This document shows, in pieces, positions 11,800 through 24,022 of a stretch of DNA of 64,000 nucleotides. The notes beneath the pieces were generated by a model. The model searched no databases. It was given only the letters and a program-made list of their open reading frames with translations, and had not been told where the DNA came from. The translations under genes and the position numbers were made by a program. Source of the DNA: Raillietiella orientalis (lineage: Eukaryota); contig JAYWIR010000005.1 of the NCBI GenBank assembly GCA_036172245.1, forward strand, positions 5,208,001-5,272,000. The letters are read 5' to 3'. Each line of letters starts with the position of its first letter. Position 1 is the first letter of the stretch.

Positions 11800-14700
11800 G
11801 GACGAAGCATTTCGAAAGAACTTTTCCAAGTGTAGAGGACTTCAAGGTGTGTCCTAGCCTACCAGAGGCAGCGCAGCGGATACAGACCCCCTGGTCAATG
11901 GAGGTATGCCAGACCGGCACCTCCAGGGAGGTAATTGCGTTGGCAAAGACGACGACGCAGCGGATGGCGTACGCGGCGATGGCAGCATCGTGGCGACCAA
12001 TGCAGTACGCGGCAGCGGCAGCGAAGCCGAAGAAGTCCTCCATATTTGAAGAAACCCGATGGGATAAGGATCCAAATGCCAGGAAAAAGACTTTTAAAAC
12101 TGAAAAGATGCGTCTCGCGAACATATGCGACGTGTATATAGCGTTCCACAAATTAAATGTGGACTTCAAAAAAATAAAAGCCATCATTCCGTCCGCGATC
12201 GGCTTTACAATATACACGGCGGATGAAGATCTGCAGGAGGCCCTCATTAAGGAGGAACTTGTAATTAATGAAAGAAGATTGCGCGGCCGAGGAGAACTAG
12301 CCGCCACCACGGTCTACATGAATGATATCGACTGCGGCACCGGCCAGGAAGACGTATGGCATTCTTCTCCCAATATGGAGAAGTCCAGCAGGTTGCGTTC
12401 CGCAACCATACAGAGGACATCCACGGAGAAGCAAGGGTGCGAATCAAGCTGTTCTCTGAAGTAGAAATCTCAGGAGTTGTCACAATCGACGAACATTCCC
12501 TGAACGTGCAGGTGCACTATCGCCAGCAACCTACCTTTTGCATGGCCGCAAGGACTTTGGCCACCGCGTGGGCGCCTGTCCCAAGGTGCTCTGCTTTAAA
12601 TGCGGCCAGCAACGGCACTTCATTAGGCAATGCACCAAGCTGCCGCAGTGTCACTCCTGCAAAGATTTAGGCCATATGAAGCAGAAATACCCAAAGCTCT
12701 CGGCCTGGCTTGAGACTCAGGGACAGCCTCCGCCAACTGCAGAAGTAGGCAAGGAAAAGAAAGCACCAAAGGCCTTTGACATTGCCGCCCGCACGGGCCT
12801 CGTAGAAGTCCAAAAAACAAAACGCAGAGGTCGAAGGGAAAAGCGAAAGTTGAAGAGCTTACTCCTCCTCCAACAACGTCGATCGGAATCGACATAACTG
12901 AGGAAGAGAAGCAGATGACGGTAGAATACGAACAAGAAGTAGCCATACTCGCCGAACAATTGAACCCAGAGAAACAAGGAAGAAGAGCGGAGGACGGCCT
13001 TGCTCCGCCTTTCCGAGATCTAGGATGAAATATTAAAGAATGCCACCTGTAAGGTGCAGAGGTCACAGCTAGAGGATCAGCTGAATTTGTAAAGACCAAA
13101 TACACTGAATCCGCTGAGCAGAAGTTGAATCAAGCAAGGAAAACCACGCAGACTGCAAGAAGTGTAAATCAGAATGATGTCACTGTTGACGGAACCACCG
13201 ACTACGTGGAATCGGAAAGCGCGTTGGGAGAAGAAAAATCTGCCGACCGAAGGAAGACATCATCTCCCAGGCAAAAGAAAAGAAGGGAAAGAAGAAAGGG
13301 AGCGATCAAAAATAACCCCCGAGGACCTCCTTCCTGTTCACCGCCCGGAGAATCAAAATCGCTTCCTAGAACGTCAATGATATGTCGGATCAGGAAAAAA
13401 GACGTCTGGTCACGCGGCTCATACAACAGGACGATATAGTGTGGCTGCAGGAGATCCACGAGACGGACTACACTGTCCGAGCTCGAACGACGAGTGGACA
13501 CCCAACTACCGGTGAGTGTCAGCACCAAGAAGAGCAAGAGGGTGGCAATACTCGTGAAAAGAGAGATTGCGCACACCATCCTGGAAACGTTTTCTCCGTG
13601 ACCTGCACGCATCGTCAGAGTTCGGATGTCCTGGTCCGGAAGCGTTCACCTCTTCGTGGTGAACGTGTATGGACCGCACCGAGGAAAATACTGGTGCGCG
13701 GAAGCCATGCAGACCCTTCTGTGCATCATCGTCGCCGTGGGTGACTATAATATGCTGAAAAACATTACCCAGACCAAGGATGCTTGAGGAAGGACGGCGT
13801 ATCGACAGCTGTCTGACGAGTTCGGACTGCTGTGGCTAATAGCCAGCCACAAGCCGATCGACCACGTCCTATACAGTCAAGACATCGACAACTGAGTGCA
13901 GGAATTCCGAGACACGCAGAGTCTGCTCTCGGGCCACCCCCTGCTGCGGTTCACATTGAAAACGGAGAACCTCCGGAAGCAGGAAAGCACCAGGAAAGCG
14001 CTTAACTGCATACCCGCCTGGTTCGAAATGCTTCCCTGTCACCAGTAACTAATAGAAATGATTCTGCGGGACACCACAATCCTCAGGTTCGAGGACTAGG
14101 ACAGGTTGAAGCACACTGCCACCTATACTGCAACATGCAATACGGTGGCAGGAAGTTGAGGCAGGAAGAGTACCGGGAGCAGAACACCGGAGATCGCTCC
14201 CTCTCGAAGTGCTGGGATCAGTACGAGAGGCGGTACATCTTCAATAGTGTGAAGGGAGAATTTGGCGTGCTAGAGAAGAGGAACATCACCACCGATGTCT
14301 TCTCCATCCAGCCCCAAGATCGAGTGGTGCTCATGTCGGAAGATATAGCGGAGGCGTTCGAACAGTTTTACGTCTCCCACTTCCGAAGGGTGCAGCTGTG
14401 CCCGGGAGAACAAGCGTAGATCCTGCGAATTGTGTGGTGGAAGCTGAGCTTCGAGCAGCAGGCACGATTCGAAGAGGAAATCTCAGCGGAAGAAGTAAAA
14501 AGCGCGTTCGTGGGACTGCGCAAGGATGTGGAGGCATCCCTGACAGAGTGCCCATATCGCACTATCAGCGGTACCTGTATGCCTACCTACGCCTTTTCCG
14601 GGAGCTGACGCTCTGTATCCAACAGGAGCGGAGGCTCCCGGAGTCGTTCCACGGGAGCAGGATGAGATTACTGCTGAAAGGAGGCGGCCTGACGGAGGTC

Positions 14701-16810
14701 ACCCAGTGGCGGCCAATCTCCATCCTTAACTTGGACTCCAAGTGATTAGCGAAGATCTGGACCAAGTGCTTGAACAAGGTCAGGTCAACGGTCGTCTCTC
14801 CAATTTAGACACGCGCAGTGCCCAGATCATCGTCAGCTACAGCCGTTACGTCGGCAACAACCTGGCACTGTGCTTCACGGATATGGAGAAGGCGTTCGAC
14901 ACCGTGGACCACGGAATGCTGCTGAAGATACTACGGAAACTTGGATACTTCAACGATTACGTGAAGAAAGTACGCGAAGGTCAAGACTTCAGAATCGGAA
15001 TCAATGGACTGGAGACGAACGCAATCTGGATGGAGAGGGGTGTAAGACAAGGAGACGTCCTCATTCCGATGCTGTTCGTCATCTATGTGGAGGAGGTATC
15101 GTCCCTGGTTGATAGAGGTGGCCATCTCTAGGGAATTCAAATCGATGATGACAGACTCACCCACCTGGCCTAATCAGATGATCTCCTCTCCTTTGTGAAG
15201 GATGAGAGAGGCCAGTACGCGCGTTCCTCGATGTGGCGAAGACGATGAAGAAAGGTCTAAGCCTCAAGATTAACGTTCAGAAATCATATCTCTTGCCCAT
15301 CGGAATCCTGGATCTCTTCGCACTAACTGAGCAAGGATTTCGAATGGTGGACCAAGTGGAATACCTGGGAATCCACATGGGCGAAGCCTCGGCGACGCAA
15401 ACGATGCAAACGATGTGGAAGCAAATTCTGGGAGAGATCGAAGAAGAGGTTGCGAAGTACACTCGGGTTGTGTACACCCGAGTGTACTTGGGTTGACTTC
15501 AACATGAAACGAAGGGCCAACCTGTGGAACGGTGTGCTCCTTCCCAAGGTATTCTACGGAGCGGCCTCCTGCCGAATGAGCAAGACCCAGATGGAAGTTA
15601 AGCAGCTACAATGCATAATCCTATAGAATACATTAAAGCCCTCAAACCTTGTGCCGCCCGATAGAAGGATGCGGAACCGGGATGAAGTCGCTGCAGGAAT
15701 CTGTGGAGTCCTGGATACGCGGCAAATCCTGGAACTCGCCGAAGACTGGGATAAGTGGAACTTTGTGGCCCATCATGCCTATGTGAAGCTGCTGAACAAC
15801 TCGAGTGGCCTCATGTCGGCCCTGCTGGGCAAATCATTAGACTGGATTGACGTGGATCTCACCTGGAAGAGAAGCCAGGCACTGGTGAGGACCAAACATC
15901 TAAAAATAGTGCCTCGCAGCAAGGAAATCTGGAAGGAAGAATTGACCTATGTGATCCCCTGCTTCATCCCTGTTTCGCGGGATACAGGACTGTGAACATT
16001 TCGCCACCAGTGGCAACCGCCACCGCATGCGAATGTTCCAGTACTTCCGGAAATAAACAGGAAGATTCACTCACAGGACACGCGAGGTGTGGATACAACG
16101 GGAAAACGAGTGGTTCCGTGTGGTTAAGAAAACGTTAAAGAGTCTTCTTTACACTGGAAGGCAACAAGATGACACCTCTGCCACTGCAGCCAGCCGCTAC
16201 GAATGCCACAACGTGAGCCTGTGAGCGGCTGGAGAGTGCGTGTGACGCAGACTTACCACCCTACACTCAGGATGACCTCCTGATGTTCAATCACGGAGGC
16301 ATTCTCCAGACCAACAGAGACCAACAGAGAGACCAACCACCAGACCAAGTAGACCACCAACAGAGAGATCCTGGCTGGAATGTTCGAAGGAGATGGAAAC
16401 GTCCCCAAGTTCAACCCTATGGTCAGGACTTGCATTGGCTTCTTCATCACGAGCATCATCGTAAGAAGAGCCAAACAGAGGAAAAGGAATAGAGCAGTCC
16501 GGGAAATAGACATCATGTCGGGACTCATCAAGGGAGCAATTGGTATACGAAACTAAGGGAGGATCCCCGCCTGGACCTACCGCTATATCTTGAATAAGAT
16601 CGCGGATGCTGCCCAAGCAAGAGGACTGCCCTCCAATTCCCAGTGACATTAACGAAAAACCGAAAGTGACAACAAATGATAAACTGGACCAAGCAATAAG
16701 AACTTTGACTGCATGATTGCGAGGTGATGTGACCGAGTGAAATGTATAATTGATGTAATTATATGGCTTAAATAAATTCACGCCACCGCCTGTTGGACCT
16801 GGAGAAAATC
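11800..16810 (+). mobile_element. Near full-length L1/Tx1-clade non-LTR retrotransposon, inactivated (ORF1 with 3 zinc knuckles; ORF2 APE-RT)
   Basis: ORF1 knuckles 'CHGRKDFGHRVGAC / CFKCGQQRHFIRQC / CHSCKDLGHMKQKY' at ~12540-12690. APE start 'IKIAS*NVN...DIVWLQEIH' at ~13350-13460. RT motifs 'WRPISILNLDSK', 'DMEKAFDTVDH', 'GVRQGDVL', 'A*SDDL', 'EYLGI'. AATAAA at ~16771. Many stops and frameshifts. Confidence 0.9.
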
Positions 16811-18464
16811 CAAATGGAGGATCGTTTTCCTCATCCGTTTCCTCAGCTGGGTGCTTGGATAGAAGGAGACTGAGGCATGCGGCACGGATAAACCCGTAAT
16901 CCATAAAGCGAAGATGGTACCTCTCGTAGGAAAATGGCTGGAAGATTGGCACAGTCCAACACGAGCATGGCCTTTCCCTGACCCTCATGCTCACCAACCA
17001 GGAATTGCCGTGCTTCCGGAGTCAAAAGGTGAGAGCTCTGGAAGTGAACTTCTCGGAGAGGAGAAACGTAATTACGCGATCCAAGGTTTGGTTCAAGTTT
17101 GGTTTGGGTGGGTTTCGAAGAACCCATCGTGTTTTCCCTTTCTTTAATGCCACTTTTGTTTACCGAGTCTATCCCAAAATATTTCTTCCTCTTTGGAGGT
17201 GACCAACAACAAAGCATCTCGCACCCAGGCGTACATGCGAGCACATCACGCAGACAAAGAGGAAAGTGAAGTCACCCGAGGCAGGATCCCACTCGCACCA
17301 CCCCAAGAGAGATCAGTTCTGTGAATTCGGGATCGGACCCCGTGTGCGTATTGGAGGTGCTGAGCCGTGAGCCGTGAGCTTCAAAAGGGAAAGTATTCCA
17401 AGACACAGGCGTTCCCACCGCTGTCCTGGAAATCAACCACGCAACCGAGAAAAACGTCCGTGCTCTCCTGAACGTCCGAGATCCTCTGAATGCTGCATAT
17501 CCATCCAACCATACTCAGGGAAGGCATCCTTGTACTTGTTGTCACGCCGCACCTTCCGCCACCATAGGGCTCGCAGTGTTCCCAAACGATGGCTTGGCCT
17601 CAGCTTCCGGTGATGCAGCCGAGAATGTATCTTCCTCTACCCCTCGCGCTTTTGACGGATGCTCTGGAAGTCCGAGAAGAAAATGAAGCTCATCTCTTGG
17701 ACTCCTTTCTCCATCAGCACACGACCACTCTTCTCAAGCGATTCATTCTCAGCCTTTATCATCCCGAGGCTCATCCCCTTTCGATAGCATCCTCCATGAG
17801 GATTCATGCTCACAAAGGAGATGAATCACTTCCCTCGCTCCTTACAAGGGACCTCGCGTTTCACAAAGCTGTAAAACGCAGCAGTAATTTTTTTTTTTTT
17901 TTTTGCCTCAGAGCGTTTAAATTGAATGATGGTGGCGTGCATTTTCCTTCGAGATATGGGTCTGTCTCCAGGGATGACTCATGAAACTGTGGTGCTGGTG
18001 ACAGCGGTTAGCGTGGATTTCCAAGGGTCGATAGCGGACGTCGACGCCTCTGTCCTTGATCTACAATCGCCAGCCCGCCACCATCTTGCTGGTGCACTGG
18101 GCTCTTCCCCGAAACGAGGAGCGCCACCACGCCTCAGCAGAAGCAGTGAGCAAGGAATCTGTCCACTGAAGAATATATGGTGGAGCTCCTGTCGCGCCAG
18201 AGTTCTTTAAGCGAGGGAGTACGAGCTAGGGAGGGAAGAGCATCCCCGAGGAGCTTCGATTTCCCGATGATGCTGCACCGCGAAGGGCCTGTTTGAAGAA
18301 GTGCTCCCTACCCGGGGCTCCCCGGCTGCCCCTCTCTCAGGCGACCCTTCACCACGTGCGGGCAGCACCGACCGAGCCAAAACAAAAGAAGAGAGCCTCT
18401 CGCAGCCTGCGCTTTGAGGTGCCAAGGGCAGCGAGATGGCCCGATTGCTGAGGACGGTCGTGGA

Positions 18465-20011
18465 AGGATCCTCCCGACGTTGGAGTGCATTCATCTGCCC
18501 CTCCCGTGCCCCCGGAGACCATGCTGAGTACAGTGTGACTGACCCAGTCCTTTCCCTATTTATTCATTGTCCTTCCTTCCTCACCGTCCGCTTCTCCCTA
18601 GTTCTGTCACCAGCAAGGCGAGTCCCTTTTCTGCTTGGGAGTGGCGCGTGGCGGTCCTTCTATAATCGTTCCCCGAGGAACACTAGTGTTCCGCGGGAAG
18701 TCAGTAAGCGTTCTGTGAAAAATTACGAAAATAAATGTATTTAAAACTTGCCATTCGTGTTTTACTTCCCTTTACAACGACGTATTTACGCGAGGCAGGA
18801 TTTTTATATTCTGCTGCGACCCAACCAAAGCACGGGAACGGACTCGACTCTGTACCGGAAGTGAGAATTCAGCTTCCTAATCTTGTGCCTGATATCCAGA
18901 GAGTTGTAATTTAAGCACCCGAAAACTCCGAAGTCATTAAGAACGTGATTTTACCGTACATACGCTGATTTATTTTACTATTTTCGTGTATTTTGTTTCA
19001 CATAATTAAAATGTGAGAAGAAATGCTTGTTTTGTTTCCGCAACTATTATAGTTACCTGCTTAATTTATTTATTATTACTATCTACCTACACTAAAATAA
19101 CCAAGGCGTTCCGTTAAAATTTCAGGGTTTGTGAAGTGTTCCGTCACAGGAAGAGTTTGGGAAACGCTGCCCTGGGCCAGGAGCATGAACCGCGTCCAGG
19201 AATCCATCTGCTTACTCTAAGAAATCCGCCAACAAAACCCCAACGGCCGTCCTCTCCTTGCAGAAATGGGATGCACCTTTCCAGCCGCAGTGGAGGAACC
19301 TCAAAGAAAACGCCAGCTTCGTGATGGAGTGAGACAGAGAGGCCGACAGGGATGCGAAGGTGGTGGGGGAAAAAAGGAAAAAAAAATGCCACCTTTTGCT
19401 TGCATCCCCCATCAACAAGAATCGTAAATAAGAACATAAGAGCCAAAAAGCAATAAAAGAAGCTCCACGCCGGCGTGCAGACGGCCGCGCAGCCTGCTGC
19501 GTTGTGGCTGCTAAAGAAAGACCAGACAGCACTGCTTGAAGCAACAGTTTATTGCCTGCTGTGCTACGTCACTGCCGAAAGGGCGTGCCCAGCAGGCTGG
19601 TGCGGCGGCAGCAGATAACCAGCAGATAACCGCTGACCTGGTTTGTGAGGGTCGCGAACGTCAACCACCTCAAAGTGGCTTCGAAGGCGGGTTGTCCTGG
19701 AACGCCGAGGAAGCATCGGATTGTCCCAAGGGAGTCGTGAGAAATTTCTCCGTCGATCGATCCTCTCATCCCGGATTTCCGGGACATTCCTTCGGAGTGA
19801 ACCGATGCCATTTCTTTACGGTTACAGAAGGCCGCTCCCAAGCGGAAAAGGGACTCGCCTTGCTGGTGACAGAATTAGGGGGAAGCGGACGGTGAGGAGA
19901 GAAGGACAATGAATAAGTAGGGAAAGGAATGGGCCAGCCACACTGTACCCAGCATGGTCTCCGGGGGCACGGGAGGGGCAGATGAACGCACTCTGGCGTC
20001 GGGCGGGTCCT
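18465..20011. repeat. ~200-bp inverted duplication (18465-18669 and 19818-20011)
   Basis: The two segments are reverse complements with scattered substitutions. Both ORF-track translations share 'SAFICPSRAPGDHA..LTVRF..SPARRVPF'. Confidence 0.95.
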
Positions 20012-20037
20012 CCCCGAACACAGTTTGGGAAACGCTG
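18670..20037. mobile_element. hAT (Charlie-like) MITE split into two pieces by an inversion
   Basis: The body (18670-19169) ends in the TIR AGTTTGGGAAACGCTG. The missing other end (CAGCGTTTCCCAAACTGTGTTC) lies reversed at 20016-20037. The 8-bp TSD copies are CCCTGGGC (19170-19177) and CCCTTGGC (reverse complement of 20038-20045). Confidence 0.8.
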
Positions 20038-20128
20038 GCCAAGGGGCACCTAGTCAGACGTGTACCTTATTTTTCCCTTCTTGGATTGCCATCAGTACAT
20101 GCGTTTCGATATCTGTGATAAGTGGGGT

Positions 20129-21052
20129 TTGGCTCAGAACTTCCCAAAGATCGGAAAAAATAAATACATATGCCTATTCTATACATTGGTATATAAATTC
20201 ACATGTCGATTCATGCGTAGGTTAACATATATTCTAAAAATTATAGATGAGCCTTTTATGCATACTGATATTCATATTACAGATTCATAAACAAATCTAA
20301 TGTAACATGAATATTATATAATTATCGATATCATTCATAATGTGCATTAGTATGTTATTAATGTATACGTTAAAGATTATAAAATATAAATACAAGTTTT
20401 ATTATATATTAATATTTATTATAGCATAATAAATATGTGTGAAATGAAGATATAAATATCGAACGATTAGAAAAATCCTGGAAATCGAATTCCCCATTTC
20501 CCGAGAAAGTTGGAAAATCGAGTGCGAAATTTCTTTTCTGCTTTTTTAATTTGTTTGCTTTTTCGTTTTTCCACTTCTTTAACTGTCACCATTTTTTATT
20601 TTTTTTAATTCCATATTTATAAATTCATTCAATATATTTATTATGTATGTAAATGCACATCAATGTACACACCAAGCATAATAAACATGCATGCTTTTCT
20701 TTTATACTCCTCACCATATATATTAGTAATGCATATCAATACATACTCTTCATTATATGAATGAATATGCATATCAAAATAAATTTGCTAATTTATATAT
20801 CGATGTACGTATTAATACACATAACAAACATATGTGTTAATTTTGTATAATCGTTAAAATATATATTAATCTGTACATAAATATGTATTATAATCATATT
20901 ATAAATTGCATTAATGTATATGTTCGTAAATATTAATGAATGTGTATGTTAAAATAAATTTGTATAAAAAGTCTACGTATAGAAATTTATATGTTAATTT
21001 ACATAATAAGCATATGTATTTGTTTTTAAGGTCCGTTGGGGATTTTGATCAG
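20129..21052. mobile_element. AT-rich foldback/MuDR-like non-autonomous element with long imperfect TIRs
   Basis: The left end 'CAGAACTTCCC..AAATAAATACATATGCCTATT..ATATAAATT' matches the reverse complement of the right end 'CAAAATCCCC..AAACAAATACATATGCTTATT..ATATAAATT'. The interior is AT-rich. No TSD resolved. Confidence 0.5.
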
Positions 21053-21113
21053 GTGGTGAGTTGTGTCTTCTTTGGAGCCGTCGATCTTGATCTTTTTCGC
21101 ACACCTGTTGGTA

Positions 21114-21964
21114 CAGTGTACATTCCATACGGTCACCTTTGCAGGAATAGAAATTCTAAAGATGTTGCCTTTATAGAATGTTGCCGCTGATGGTATCGAG
21201 ACGGGTAATCGAAATTAAAACAAATTAATTCGGGATAATTAAATAAAATTGCTGAACAGTGACGTGAATTTTTATAATCAAATGAACAAACTCAGTAGCG
21301 TTGCAAAAGCAGAATTAATGATGGTGTTTGGTAACTGATGATTACGATACGATATGAAATTCTCTCCGAACTTCTTCACGGATTGCTTTTTCCCGTGTTC
21401 TTCTCAGGAGAAGGACGTCACGAACAGGAAGGCAGTCATCTTTCTGACCACTCCATAGAGAAACGGAACGAGTGGTCAATGGCTTTGTCCATATCGGATT
21501 TTTGAATATTCTTACTCTCATCCAAGTTTTCTTCTGCATGGTCCATAGCAGCGTTCATCATGGTATGCAGATCATGAACATGGCTCCATCCGTTTTCTCC
21601 TTCCACCCGGTCTCAGGGTCACCTGCTGCATTTTCTTCTCTCTTATCATGGAATTGGATCGTGTTGCAACGGGCATGCCAGCATCCAAGTTCTCTTTATT
21701 TTTCACGATTTTCGAAACTGTTGATTGATCCACGTCAAATTTCAAACACAGCACTTTTACCGTCGTTCCCTTTTCGATTCCACGTAAAATATCCAACTCG
21801 CTGAATCGTTGATGAATTTCTCTTATTCTTCCCCATCTTGAACGCGGGTTGAAAAAGTTTCTTTTATCGAATAGCAGAAAACTTTAAATTCTGACTACAC
21901 CAAGGGCTTCTTATGTCAAAAGTTTCTTTTATCAAAGGCGACTATATCGAATGTGCACTGACTG
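21114..21964 (-). mobile_element. Internally deleted Tigger/pogo DNA transposon
   Basis: 28-bp TIRs CAGTGTACATTCCATACGGTCACCTTTG and CAGTGCACATTCGATATAGTCGCCTTTG (23/28), flanked by TA. It encodes a psq/CENP-B-type HTH 'DILRGIEKGTTVKVLCLKFDVDQSTVSKIVKNKE' joined to a C-terminal tail. No DDE domain. Confidence 0.8.
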
Positions 21965-22049
21965 TATCTTCTAATTGAAGGAGCCCTAATGCGTCCCAAA
22001 GAGCACCCTCTTTGGGGTAATGCTTTTAGCTTTGGCAGAGTAATAGGTT

Positions 22050-23300
22050 CCATACAAATCCTTGTGGGTGTCTGCCTTCTTCTTGATGACGGCTGAGAGC
22101 AGTGATGGTGCCACGGTGGTAGGTATTTATGTGAGGGCCGTATAGGGTAGTCGAGGATTGCCCGTGGCCTTTCGATACCTAGGACTCAGTCAGCCGTTTG
22201 CAATCTTAGCTGCACAAGAGTGAAGGGTCATCAGTGAAGAGTAAACAGGGGAAAGGGAGTTGTAGTGTGTGTTCAAGTTGGAGGTTGATCGCCTTTCCGT
22301 CGGAGGAGGGAGCATGTGGTAGTTGGTCCGATGAGGGGCCATGGTCATCGTTGGATTTTGAGAAACTGTGCTGCAATATCTGGCCCCATTTGGGCTGCAG
22401 AAAGTTTCCAGCTCAGGTTTCACGCTAGGTAGTGCAGGAATGTTCGTTGCCGGCGTTATGCTCAGGCACGCGAGAGGAGAGCAGTGAGGAAGTGCGCTGT
22501 GGTAGAGGAATGGGTCGAGTTCCGGCCTGTTTGTGCTATGGTAGGGTGAACAGCGTCACTTTTGAATGCTTATTTGCATTCAAACGAGCATCAGCGGCAA
22601 CCCAAAAATCAGAATGACGTATGTTTTGCCTCTTGAGAATCCGATACAGGGAAGGTCATAGAGAGCTGGAGTATGGAGAAAATCTGGTTATCATTTGGCA
22701 CAGATTAGGCGTGAGATGAAATGGAGGAAGGTAGAGGAGTGTGCAATGCCAAAGCTTCTGCGGCAGCTTCTTGGTTTAATGATGAAGACATGGTTTGCGC
22801 GGATCAGACGTGCTTAACCGCTCGACCACCGGAGGTGGTTAGGCACCTGCTTTCCGTTTTGTGCACACAGTATGGCCAAGTGAACGGACTTCTCATGGTC
22901 TTCAGCAAGAACCTACTTTTTCTCACCTTCTTGAAGATACATTACAGTGTCTCGCAATAAATCTCAGTCACTTCCTTTGATTTCCCTTGATCTTCTTACC
23001 TTCGATTTCCTGGGTCATGGCTCTTGAAAATGAGCACTGGATAATTGTTCTTCCCTGAATGTTGATGAGGTAGCTGTCCAGTGTCTTTGCTAATGTTTTT
23101 AAGCTTTCGTTTCTGATCTCGGATTATCTGCTGCACGTAACTCTGGTGACTCTGGAATGTCCGAATCCAGCAGATCCAGTGCCCTGAACTTCAATCTTGA
23201 TTCCTGGGAAATTTCATGCATATTTCAAGTTGATTCTTGTAATGGTAAGCGTGTAATCGTCTCCTCTTCTTCCATACTTTGCATCATTCATGAGTTCCTG
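22050..23300 (-). mobile_element. Decayed L2/CR1-like LINE RT remnant
   Basis: Degenerate 'ELDP..CSPLACLS' (LDPxxNYRPISLLxxLSK-like, ~22470-22520) with weaker RT-like motifs downstream. Confidence 0.3.
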
Positions 23301-23788
23301 TTTTGATCGAGCCAACTTTTTCCTCTCTGTCGGCGAATCCGGATGCGGGTGAGGCCATAAGCGCCTGGATCCTCGAGCAGCATTCCAATGCTCCTTTAGC
23401 CATTTTGACTTCTGCTGCACTGGATGCAGAATCCAGTGAAACTGGTCGCCTCGCTGTTTTACCGGAAGTCTTGTTTCAACTGTCCATTTTTGCTGACAAG
23501 TCAAGAGCACCACCCGACACACAACCTCAAGAATGTCTTATGTATCAGGAAATCCCAACGAAAAATGAGATTCGAGACGACGCCGAGTCTCTTTCGTGGG
23601 CCTTTGCGCAGCTGCAGGGTCTCAGAGTGCTGCAATAGGTCGCAACAATAGGGCGACTTCAGCAGCAAAATAGCAGTAGCGGTCTGTTCTGGAGACGCTT
23701 CATGCAGAAGCCAAGAGGAGGCTTTTTAGAACTCCACTTGTGCAGAGCCAACCACTTTGCATGGTGTGCTCAAAGGACGACAAGGGTC

Positions 23789-24022
23789 GATCCCTGGAAG
23801 GACCTCGGTAGGGTCGACTTCCAATCCCGGCCAGTCAGTGGGGTCATCCGGCTTCCACCCGTGCCTCACCCGAAGCCTATATGGCCAACCAGCATCGTAC
23901 TGCAGGGGAGACTCGCAACCCACGACGCACCCAATTCTCGGCATCGATCCTTCCCCGGGCGGGATTTGAACTCGCAACGCGTGGTGCCACGCGCTGGGGA
24001 GGCCGTGGCCACACAACCGCCA
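23789..24022 (-). mobile_element. tRNA-headed SINE-like repeat, copy 2
   Basis: B-box-like AGTTCAAATCC on the minus strand (23962-23972). Collinear homology to 3215-3463. Confidence 0.65.

Noticed and set aside
16287..16997. 236-aa antisense ORF
   Set aside because: It spans a junction between the L1/Tx1 3' end and unrelated sequence, so it is a chance open frame.
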